Shown: positions 9,373 to 17,318 of the stretch, one piece after another
How positions within the stretch are numbered: the first letter of the stretch is position 1
Layout of the letters: each line of letters opens with the position of its first letter
Notes under the pieces: generated by a model
What the model saw: only the letters and a program-made list of their open reading frames with translations
Told to the model about the DNA's origin: nothing
Databases searched by the model: none
From: Kiritimatiella glycovorans
Lineage (GTDB): Bacteria > Verrucomicrobiota > Kiritimatiellia > Kiritimatiellales > Kiritimatiellaceae
DNA: 32,000 nucleotides
NCBI RefSeq assembly: GCF_001017655.1
Contig: NZ_CP010904.1
Location: forward strand, 1,590,001-1,622,000
Direction of reading: 5' to 3'
Translations under genes and position numbers: made by a program

Positions 9373-10422
9373 ATGAACAGAAAAAGAGAGAAGGTTACAC
9401 AGCAGGAGATCGCCGAGCGCGTGGGGTTGTCGCGGGCGACGGTGAGCCGGGTGCTGCGAAATGTTACAGGGCCGAAGTCAAGCACGGCGGCGCGGATCAT
9501 CGACACGGCGCGCGAGATGGGGTACCGCCTCCCGGCTACGGCGAAGACGCCGACACGCAAGGGCACGGGCCGCCAGAAATCCCTGGTGGCCGGCCTGCTG
9601 CTGTGCACGCCCGATGAGAGCACATCCTCCAGTTCCGTCGTGCCGATGCGGATCCTTCACGGAGCGACGGATGCGTCCAATGAACGCAACGTGCTACTGC
9701 ACGTCGAGTATATTTCCGAAAGCGAGGCGGCGGATATTCGCTCCATCGACGACGTCCCCTCTTCTCTGCGGAACAGAAATCTGTCAGGACTGGTGCTGAC
9801 CGGCTTCCTCCCCGCCGAAACGGTGGACGCGATCTCCGGAAGGAAGACCTGCGTGCGCCTGAACTACCACGACCCCGGCATTGAGATGGACGTGGTGGGA
9901 CAGGACGACCGAACCGCGGTGCGTCATCATATCCTCGATCTGAGGGAACGGGGACACCGGAAAATCGGGTACTACTGCCGGAAGTCTACGGCCTCTTACG
10001 CCCTCTCCCGGTTCGCGGCCTATGTCGAGGCGCTGGCGCTCTTCAATATGGAATACCGCCCCGACTGGTCCGTAAATATCTGGGACCATGCCGACGGCCC
10101 GGCCTGGAACCGGGTGGATCGCGCCATTGAGGAAGGGGTGACCGCATGGATCTGCGCTCATGACGACCTGGGCTATGAAATGATCCATCACCTGTCCTCC
10201 ACCGGGATAAACGTCCCGGACGACATCTCGATCTGCGGGTTCGACGCCCTTCCGGTTCCCGAGGGCATGAAGCCGATGCGTACGATCGACTGGCCGATCG
10301 AGGATATCGCGGCGGCGGGCGTCGGCATGCTGATCCGTCGGATCAACGAACCTGCCCGCGCCGTGGGACAGCTTCAGTTTACCGGACGCAGAATCCCCGG
10401 CGAAACAGTCGGGAACGCCTGA
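9373..10422 (+). CDS. LacI-family transcriptional regulator
   Basis: N-terminal HTH VTQQEIAERVGLSRATVSRVLRN...AREMGYRLP followed by a periplasmic-binding-protein-like sugar-binding fold of typical length. Confidence 0.85.
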   Translation: MNRKREKVTQQEIAERVGLSRATVSRVLRNVTGPKSSTAARIIDTAREMGYRLPATAKTPTRKGTGRQKSLVAGLLLCTPDESTSSSSVVPMRILHGATDASNERNVLLHVEYISESEAADIRSIDDVPSSLRNRNLSGLVLTGFLPAETVDAISGRKTCVRLNYHDPGIEMDVVGQDDRTAVRHHILDLRERGHRKIGYYCRKSTASYALSRFAAYVEALALFNMEYRPDWSVNIWDHADGPAWNRVDRAIEEGVTAWICAHDDLGYEMIHHLSSTGINVPDDISICGFDALPVPEGMKPMRTIDWPIEDIAAAGVGMLIRRINEPARAVGQLQFTGRRIPGETVGNA

Positions 10423-10452
10423 TCCCAAAAGAACGCGTTTTCCGCGTTGGAC

Positions 10453-10569
10453 GGACGCGCTCTGTCGCGTCCGTTCATTTTCCCCGTGGAGGGACGCGCT
10501 CTGTCGCGTCCGTTCATTTTCCCCGTGGAGGGACGCGCTCTGTCGCGTCCGTTCATTTTCCCCGTGGAG
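10453..10569. repeat. Three perfect head-to-tail copies of a 39-bp unit, each with a 7-bp-stem hairpin
   Basis: The unit GGACGCGCTCTGTCGCGTCCGTTCATTTTCCCCGTGGAG occurs at 10453, 10492 and 10531. The stem is GGACGCG/CGCGTCC with loop CTCTGT, followed by a T-rich run. A fourth hairpin begins at 10570 and continues into the REP-like element. Confidence 0.9.
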
Positions 10570-10622
10570 GGACGCGCTCTGTCGCGTCCGTATTTACGGC
10601 CCCGACAAAGCGGGGGCCCTCC
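10570..10622. repeat. REP-like double-hairpin element (family member 1 of 3 in this window)
   Basis: GGACGCGCTCTGTCGCGTCCGTATTTACGGCCCCGACAAAGCGGGGGCCCTCC. It shares about 85-90% identity by eye with 26217..26268 and 26325..26377. It lies between the convergent LacI and gmk 3' ends. Confidence 0.8.
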
Positions 10623-10656
10623 AGAAAAGGTTTTTTCCATCGGCGCACGCAAAAGG

Positions 10657-10730
10657 CATCTTCCCCCCTCTCCCCCAACAACCCAACAACTCTTCTTTCC
10701 CTCTCCCTCCCTCTACCCATCCCTATCCCT
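10657..10730 (-). other. 74-nt G-free (plus strand) tract, giving a G-quadruplex-type motif on the minus strand at the gmk stop and 3' UTR
   Basis: No G occurs between 10657 and 10730. There are at least 10 C-runs of 3 or more, including C3-TCT-C3-T-C3-TCTA-C3-AT-C3-TAT-C3 (10699..10729). Confidence 0.7.
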
Positions 10731-11373
10731 GCGGGGACATATTCCGGCAATGTTCCGCGAGGACGATCGCCTTCAGGCGATCGAAGGCCTCGTCCAGGCG
10801 GTCGTTGACGACCGTATACCGGTAGGTTGGGCGGTACCGCATCTCCGCGGCGGCGACGGAGAGGCGCCGCGCGATATCCTCGGGCGTTTCCGTTCCCCTC
10901 GCCTCCAGCCTGCGGCGAAGTTCTTCGCGGGAGGGCGGGACGATAAAGATATCCACGAACCCGCGGCGGACCGGATCGTCGGGCGAGGCCTTCTGCACGA
11001 TCGCGCGCACCTGTTCCGCGCCCTGCGGGTCGATATCCAGCAGCGCGTCCGAGCCCTGTCCCATGGTCTCGCGCACGGACTCGCGCAGCGTCCCGTAACG
11101 ACGGCCGTGGACGACCGCGTGTTCGATAAAGGCGTCCTCCCTGACGCGGCGTTCGAACTCCTCCTCGGACAGGAAGTGGTAATCGCGGCCGTCGACCTCA
11201 CCCGGACGCGGCTTGCGGGTGGTGCAGGAGATGGAGAAAACGAGGCCGGGGAAGTGGTCGAGCAGTTTTTGGGCGAGCGTGCTCTTGCCGGATCCCGAGG
11301 GGGCGGAGACCACCACCAGGAGCGGACGTCGGGGCGGGACGGGTTCGGGGAACGATACGTCGGGCGGATGCAT
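10723..11373 (-). CDS. gmk: Guanylate kinase
   Basis: P-loop [11 protein letters not shown] and gmk signature [21 protein letters not shown]. Length is 216 aa. Confidence 0.9.
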   Translation of the reverse strand: MHPPDVSFPEPVPPRRPLLVVVSAPSGSGKSTLAQKLLDHFPGLVFSISCTTRKPRPGEVDGRDYHFLSEEEFERRVREDAFIEHAVVHGRRYGTLRESVRETMGQGSDALLDIDPQGAEQVRAIVQKASPDDPVRRGFVDIFIVPPSREELRRRLEARGTETPEDIARRLSVAAAEMRYRPTYRYTVVNDRLDEAFDRLKAIVLAEHCRNMSPQG

Positions 11374-11377
11374 GCGG

Positions 11378-11617
11378 CTACTCCACGTTCTGGCTCTGTT
11401 CGCGAATGCGCTCGAGCTCGGTTTTGACGGCGACTCCCGCGCGGGCGATCTCGAGATCGCCCGCCTTGGCCCCGATCGTGTTGATTTCGCGCAGCATTTC
11501 CTGCGCGAGAAAATCCAGCGTCCTGCCCGCGGGTTCGTTCCCGGTCATGCTCCGGCGGAACTGTCGCACGTGGCTTCGCAGCCGGGTGCGCTCTTCGCTG
11601 ATATCGACCCGGTCCAC
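11378..11617 (-). pseudogene. yicC: YicC-family protein, C-terminal ~79 codons only (5'-truncated)
   Basis: [16 protein letters not shown]...[22 protein letters not shown]...[13 protein letters not shown] matches the conserved C-terminal (DUF1732) end of the ~290-aa YicC proteins. yicC-gmk adjacency is a common synteny. The first ~210 codons are absent. Confidence 0.7.
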
Positions 11618-12632
11618 GCCGGTCTACCACGCCGCGCGGCTCTCGGAGTACGCGGGCGGCGCTCAGATCTACCTCAAGCGGGAGGACCTCAATCACACCG
11701 GAGCCCACAAGCTCAACCACTGCATGGGCGAGGCGCTGCTCGCGCGACACATGGGCAAGAAAAAGCTGATCGCCGAGACCGGCGCCGGCCAGCACGGCGT
11801 GGCGCTGGCGACCGCGGCGGCCTGCTTCGGTCTCGAGTGCGAGATCCACATGGGCGAGGTCGACATCGTGAAGGAGGCCCCGAATGTCAGCCGGATGAAG
11901 CTGCTCGGCGCGAGCGTCGTGCCGGTGACCTTCGGGCTCAGGACGCTCAAGGAGGCGGTGGATTCCGCCTTTCAGGCGTATCTCGCGGACTACCGCAACT
12001 CGATCTACTGCATCGGGTCGGTGGTGGGGCCGCACCCCTTCCCCCTCATGGTGCGCGACTTTCAGCACGTCGTGGGGGTCGAGGCCCGCGAGCAGTTCCG
12101 CGAGATGACCGGGACCGATCCGCACGCCGTATGCGCGTGTGTGGGCGGGGGAAGCAATGCGATGGGCATCTTCTCGGGATTCCTCGACACCGCGGCGAGG
12201 CTTTACGGGGTCGAGCCCCTCGGGCGCGGCGACGGAACGGGCAACCACGCCGCCACCATGAGTTACGGGCGCGAAGGGATCATTCACGGCTTCAAGTGCT
12301 ACCTGCTGCAGGATGAAGAAGGCAATCCCGCACCGGTCTACTCCTGCGCGAGCGGACTGGATTATCCCGGCGTCGGCCCGGAGCACAGTTTTCTCAAGGA
12401 CGAGGGCCGCGTCCGGTACGTCACCGCGGACGACCGGCAGGCGATGGACGCCTTCCACCGGCTGTGCCGCCTTGAGGGGATTATTCCGGCGCTGGAGAGC
12501 GCGCATGCCGTGTCCTACGCTATCGAACTGGCGCGCGAAAGGCGCCACGACGCGATCCTGGTGAACCTCAGCGGACGCGGGGACAAGGATCTCGACTACG
12601 TACTCGAACAGTACGGTGCCGGGGACGGGTAA
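11616..12632 (+). pseudogene. trpB: Tryptophan synthase beta chain lacking roughly the first 55 codons (5'-truncated)
   Basis: Homology starts at [34 protein letters not shown] (PLP lysine) and runs through GGGSNAMG to NLSGRGDKD. The 70 codons upstream in the ORF track (11406..11615) are antisense to the yicC fragment. No trpA is adjacent. Confidence 0.7.
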
Positions 12633-12663
12633 CCCGCGGTTCCGGGATCCGGTCTCGCCCGGC

Positions 12664-15600
12664 TCAGGACCGGCCCCGGAGCATCGGCGCGGTTCTGCGG
12701 TGCGTGCCGGGAGTCAGCGTCTCCGACACCCGACCCCCTTCGGTTTCCAGCACCAGTTCTGCGGAGGTCCCGGGCGGGATCACAAAGCGGTATTCGACCT
12801 CGTCCCCGCGGCGGGACCAGTCGCTTACGATTTCCCCGTACGGGCATAGGTACGCCGCCTTCGCGCGGGTCAGCGCCTCGCACGCCTTCGGCTCCAGCCG
12901 AAAACGGGCAAACCCCGGGGCCTCCTCCAGCGGCCGTATGCCGGCGATGTGGGCATAGAACCAGGCGCTTACGTCGCCGAACATGATGTGATTCGCGGAG
13001 CGGTCCACCGACCATGATTCGGGCAGCGTCGTATAGCCCTGCTCCATCCACCAGCCGTACCCCGGGTAGGTCTTCTGAAGGACGAGGCGGCAGGCCAGTT
13101 CGTGGCGGCCGTGGGCGCTGAGCACCCGAAGCAGGTACCGGGCGCCGAAAATGCCCGTGTCCGGGTGTCCGTCCGCCGCCTCGACGGCGTCGACGAGCTT
13201 TTCGACCACGGCTGCGCGGTTTTCCTCCGGGACCAGTTCGTGGTAGAGGGCGCATGCCTGGGCCGTCTGGGTGCCGTTCGCCACGGTGCCGTCCTCGTGC
13301 AGGAACTCACGCCGGAATGAGGCGGCGATCTCCCGGGCGCGCGCGGCGTACCGCGCAGCTTCCCGCTCCATCTGCAGACGTGCCGCCGCTCTCGCGATAA
13401 TCCTCGCACTGTCGGCCAGCAGCGCGGTTACGGTGACGGCCTTCGCGGTGATGCTCGTTTCCGGACACCAGTCGCCGCGTCCGGCATCGAGGATCCCGTC
13501 CGCGGCTTTCGAGTAATAACAGTCGTGGCAGGACCTCATCGCCTCAAAGGTCCGCCGCAGGATTTCTTCGTCACCCGTGTACAGGTAGAGCTGCCAGGGC
13601 ATGCAGATGATCACGCAGTCCCAGTCGAAGAACCCGTTATACCCCCAGGTGTCGGTGGGCACGATGTCCGGGATCCTGCCGTCCTCATGCCGGCAGTCGA
13701 GAAGATCGTCAATCCACTTGGAATAGACGGCGGCTGCATCGAAATTCATCAGCCCCGTCTCAGCGGCGAGGTAGGCGTCCGCCGTCCACCCCGCCTTCTC
13801 GCGCGTGGGGCAGTCGGTCGGGAATCCGTGATAATTATTCAGAAACGAGGCGCGGGTGGCCTTCTGAATGCGGTTCAGCAGGTCCGAGGAGCACTCGAAC
13901 GAACCCGCGGATTCGAGATCGGTGTGCACCACTACCGCAGTCAGGCTGTCTTCCGCGGGCTCGCCGGGAAATCCGCTCAGTTCGATACACTGGAATCCGT
14001 GGTAGGTGAAGCGGGGCTCGTACAGCTCATCGCCCTCGCCCCTGAGGATGAAGGTGTCGGTCTGGTACGGCCCCTGATGAGTCCAGGCCTGCAACCGGTT
14101 GTCCGGCGCTTCGAAACAGCGCATCACCACACGCGTCCCCTCGGGTCCCGACACCCTCAGGCGCGGGCGGCCGCTGATGTTGCGCGGAAACGTAAACAGG
14201 AACGTATGACGCGGGGTCTCCTCGATCGAAACGGCGCGGAGTTCCTCCACGGCGCGCTCGGGCGGGAAGCGCGCCGCTTCCAGCCTTCCGCGGGGGGGCA
14301 ACATGTCCCGGACCTCCCCCCACGAGACCCCGTCCTCGAGCCGGGCGTCGTAGACCTCGCCGTTGCGGACGCCGTCGAATACGATCGGGGAGCGGGCGGC
14401 CTCCCACGTCTCGTCGGTGACGATCCAGTCGATTCCGCCGTCCTCGTATTCGATGCGGAGTTGAACGAGCGCCTTCGGATCGTCACGCCACGAGGCGAGA
14501 TCCAGATCGAAGAACTCGTAGTTGCACACGTTATACCATCCGTTGCCGAGCCACACCTCCAGCCGGTGCTCTCCCCGGGGCAATTGGGCGGTGAGATCGC
14601 AGGTCGCATAAAAGACGCGGCGCTCATAATTCGTAAAGGCCGGATCGAGTTCCCGGTCTCCGGCGCGGCGGCCATCGAGCCGCAACTCGCAGAAGCCGAG
14701 GCCGCAGACGGATGCGATCGCGGAGCGGACGGGTTTTTCGATCCGGAATGTCTTCCGCAGCCGCGGCGTCGACCGGGTCTGTCCCCACCGGTCGTCGCGC
14801 AGCCGGGCCATCTGCCGCGGCACCCTCCACATGGGCGGATACTGCAGCAGCTCGCGCTCCTCCCCGTCGGGCGCATGGCGTGCCGACCATGAATCGTCGG
14901 TGAGGATGCGGTGCTCGCCCTCCTCATCCCGTATCGCCAGGGTCGCCTGAATCCCGTAGCCCTCATGCTCGCGCACCTGGTGGGTGCTGAGTTCCAGATG
15001 ATTCTCTCCCGGCCGCAGAAAGGGTTTGAGATCCAGATCGACCGGGAGGACCCAGGAGTCGGCGCCCCCGTTGGCGGAGGTCGTGACCAGATCAGCCAGC
15101 GTGCCGTTGACGCGCACCTCCGTCTCGGTCCCGTCCACGGCCATGCGGAGTACGGCCCACTCCACCTTCTCCCCGCACCGGAAGGTCCTGGAGAAGGCGT
15201 ACCGTGTTCCTGGACGCTGGGCCTGCTGGGTGCGCGGCTTCACGTCACCCTCTTTCTCTACCGCCCAGATCCATGCTGATGAACGAAGATTGAGCGCGCG
15301 CGCCGTCGGGCCGTCGTCCCGCACCCCCGGGAGCGGATCGCTGCGTCCGATCCAGCGGCCGCGCCATCCGGCGGCGTCCAGCACCCCCATACGCCAGCGC
15401 GCCGTGTCGCTCCACGGCGAAACCCCGCCTTCGGCATCCCGCCATCGGACGCGCCAGGCCACGGGTTCATAAGCGTCAAGGGCGCGGCCCCGATAACGCA
15501 GTGCAGGTACCGCGGGCTCGACCCATCCGCTGTCCCACAGCAGTTCGCCGTCCTGCAGCGCTTTTTCGTCGCCCGCTGCATGAACCTGAATCGCCACGGG

Positions 15601-15693
15601 ACGCTCGCCCGGCTCAAAGTTCCAGCTGAGCGCCGGAGATCCGGCATCCACCGCAGGCGGATCCTCCTGCCCTTCGCAACGCAGTCGTTTCAC
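12664..15693 (-). CDS. Alpha-L-rhamnosidase, glycoside hydrolase family 78
   Basis: GH78 N-terminal pattern (SPALSWNF...VAIQVHAA...LWDSGWVE...YRGRALDAYEPVAWRVRWRD...SPWS) and catalytic-domain motif FPTDCPTREKAGWTADAY. Length is 1009 aa with no signal peptide. Confidence 0.8.
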   Translation of the reverse strand: MKRLRCEGQEDPPAVDAGSPALSWNFEPGERPVAIQVHAAGDEKALQDGELLWDSGWVEPAVPALRYRGRALDAYEPVAWRVRWRDAEGGVSPWSDTARWRMGVLDAAGWRGRWIGRSDPLPGVRDDGPTARALNLRSSAWIWAVEKEGDVKPRTQQAQRPGTRYAFSRTFRCGEKVEWAVLRMAVDGTETEVRVNGTLADLVTTSANGGADSWVLPVDLDLKPFLRPGENHLELSTHQVREHEGYGIQATLAIRDEEGEHRILTDDSWSARHAPDGEERELLQYPPMWRVPRQMARLRDDRWGQTRSTPRLRKTFRIEKPVRSAIASVCGLGFCELRLDGRRAGDRELDPAFTNYERRVFYATCDLTAQLPRGEHRLEVWLGNGWYNVCNYEFFDLDLASWRDDPKALVQLRIEYEDGGIDWIVTDETWEAARSPIVFDGVRNGEVYDARLEDGVSWGEVRDMLPPRGRLEAARFPPERAVEELRAVSIEETPRHTFLFTFPRNISGRPRLRVSGPEGTRVVMRCFEAPDNRLQAWTHQGPYQTDTFILRGEGDELYEPRFTYHGFQCIELSGFPGEPAEDSLTAVVVHTDLESAGSFECSSDLLNRIQKATRASFLNNYHGFPTDCPTREKAGWTADAYLAAETGLMNFDAAAVYSKWIDDLLDCRHEDGRIPDIVPTDTWGYNGFFDWDCVIICMPWQLYLYTGDEEILRRTFEAMRSCHDCYYSKAADGILDAGRGDWCPETSITAKAVTVTALLADSARIIARAAARLQMEREAARYAARAREIAASFRREFLHEDGTVANGTQTAQACALYHELVPEENRAAVVEKLVDAVEAADGHPDTGIFGARYLLRVLSAHGRHELACRLVLQKTYPGYGWWMEQGYTTLPESWSVDRSANHIMFGDVSAWFYAHIAGIRPLEEAPGFARFRLEPKACEALTRAKAAYLCPYGEIVSDWSRRGDEVEYRFVIPPGTSAELVLETEGGRVSETLTPGTHRRTAPMLRGRS

Positions 15694-15752
15694 CCTTCGC
15701 CTCCATTCAATCGACCGGTCCGGATGCGCATCTCAAGCCCGGGCCGGGCGGT

Positions 15753-17300
15753 TCATAAATCGTCTGCACGGAAGGGTTCGGCGGGGAGTCCCGCGCTGTT
15801 CTGCAGGGTGACGGGGGGTTCGACCCAGTTATGCCAGGCGTAGCGGACCGCGTCCGGTTCGGCGACGGCATCGCAGCGGAGCTCCACGGTGTCCTCATCG
15901 ACGATCCGCGCGCGCGCCGCATGGAAAACACCGTCCGGACCGGCCATTTCGAAGCCGGGGATCCGCGCCGCGCCGTCCGAACTCTCCAGTCCCTGAGCGA
16001 CATACTCGAACTCCACGCGCACCGCTGCACCGTCCGCGTTCACGTGTTCCGGCGACGGGCCGCGTGAGACGACATCCCGGCCGTAAACCTGATCGAGCGC
16101 CAGCAGGGCCAACCGCTCTCCCACGGGGCGCTTCGCCTTCGGATGGATATCTTTTTCTTCGCCGCAGTCGATCGCCAGCGCCATCCCGGTATGGTCGAGC
16201 GTGTCGCGTGTATAGGTCTGGGCGGCGCGCAGCCCGGGCCAGTCCAGGGTGGGGTGGCCGAAGGCGGCGAGCTGGACAAAGAAAAACGGCCAGTCGGGCC
16301 GGTCCCAGGCCCGCCGCCATGAACGGATCATCGCGGGGAACAGCACGCGATACTCCTGCGGATCTCCCGCGTTCGATTCGCCCTGATACCAGATGACCCC
16401 GCGCGCCGTGTACGGGACGAGCGGGACGATCATGTTCTCGTAAAGCACCGTGGGGCACTTCGGGCTCCAGGGATTGTCCTTCGGCCAGGGCCCCGGATTT
16501 CCCGGGCCCGATCCCTTGCGCCCCTCCCGGACCCACGTCCTGAACTCCGCGAAGCGCCGCTCGAATTCGTCCTGATCCTCCCGGAACTCCTCCGGGGTCC
16601 GCCCCGAAATCATCGAGTCGCGCACCATGTCGGCGTAGTGTTCGAGTTCCGGATGCCGGTCCAGGGTATCGAGCGGGGTCCAGGACTCGGCCGGGGTCCC
16701 GCCCCAGGAACTCTGAATGATCCCTATCCTTCGGTCTGTCGAGGTTCGGAGTTTTTCCGCGAAATAGAACGCCACCGCCGCAATCTGGTGGTTCACCCCC
16801 GGCCTGAACGTCTCCCATGCGAGATCCTCCGGCGTGAAATCCTCCTGCACGGGCAGCCCGACCCGGTTCGGGACCTTGACGAAACGGATGTCGGGCAGCG
16901 TCTTCTGAAGCCATTCTTTCCCGCCGTGCGATCCGCTGAGCGGCACCACCATGTTCGACTGCCCCGTCGCGAGCCAGACCTCGCCGAACCATACATCCCT
17001 GACTTCGGCCGACCCGTTTCCGGTTCGGGCGATCAGGCGGTGCCCGCCGCCCGGGGCCTGCTGCGGGATCGTCACGCGCCAGTGCCCGTCCGCGTCGGCC
17101 GTCCCGCTCGCGACGACCTCATCGTCCAGCCGAACCTCCACCCCGGCCCCGGGATCGGCGTCGCCCCAGACATTCACCTCCATCCCGCACTGGAGCACCG
17201 CGCCGTCATTAAATATCGGCGCAAAATCCACCCCGGCGCGTACCGCCGCGGCGGCGGGAACAAGAACGAACAACCCGATCAGACGCAGCATTTTCAACAT
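15753..17300 (-). CDS. Sialate O-acetylesterase-like SGNH carbohydrate esterase, secreted
   Basis: Signal peptide MLKMLRLIGLFVLVPAAAAV and the active-site block FGEVWLATGQSNM typical of the DUF303 / 9-O-acetylesterase family. Confidence 0.7.
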   Translation of the reverse strand: MLKMLRLIGLFVLVPAAAAVRAGVDFAPIFNDGAVLQCGMEVNVWGDADPGAGVEVRLDDEVVASGTADADGHWRVTIPQQAPGGGHRLIARTGNGSAEVRDVWFGEVWLATGQSNMVVPLSGSHGGKEWLQKTLPDIRFVKVPNRVGLPVQEDFTPEDLAWETFRPGVNHQIAAVAFYFAEKLRTSTDRRIGIIQSSWGGTPAESWTPLDTLDRHPELEHYADMVRDSMISGRTPEEFREDQDEFERRFAEFRTWVREGRKGSGPGNPGPWPKDNPWSPKCPTVLYENMIVPLVPYTARGVIWYQGESNAGDPQEYRVLFPAMIRSWRRAWDRPDWPFFFVQLAAFGHPTLDWPGLRAAQTYTRDTLDHTGMALAIDCGEEKDIHPKAKRPVGERLALLALDQVYGRDVVSRGPSPEHVNADGAAVRVEFEYVAQGLESSDGAARIPGFEMAGPDGVFHAARARIVDEDTVELRCDAVAEPDAVRYAWHNWVEPPVTLQNSAGLPAEPFRADDL

Positions 17301-17318
17301 GAGGCATCCTTCCTTTCT

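Noticed and set aside
10453-10622. Possible CRISPR array (regularly repeated ~39-bp palindromic units)
   Set aside because: The units are directly adjacent with no unique spacers between them, and no cas genes or leader are nearby. This is a tandem repeat of a REP-like hairpin, not a CRISPR.
11406-11615. First 70 codons of the 408-aa trpB ORF as genuine coding sequence
   Set aside because: This stretch is the antisense of the conserved YicC C-terminal coding region and has no resemblance to TrpB N-termini. It is an accidental open frame created by the rearrangement.
10773-12548. 591-aa minus-strand ORF spanning gmk, yicC and trpB
   Set aside because: It runs out of frame or antisense to three genes with clear family signatures. 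Its extreme Arg/Pro/Ala/Gly composition marks it as a high-GC shadow ORF.
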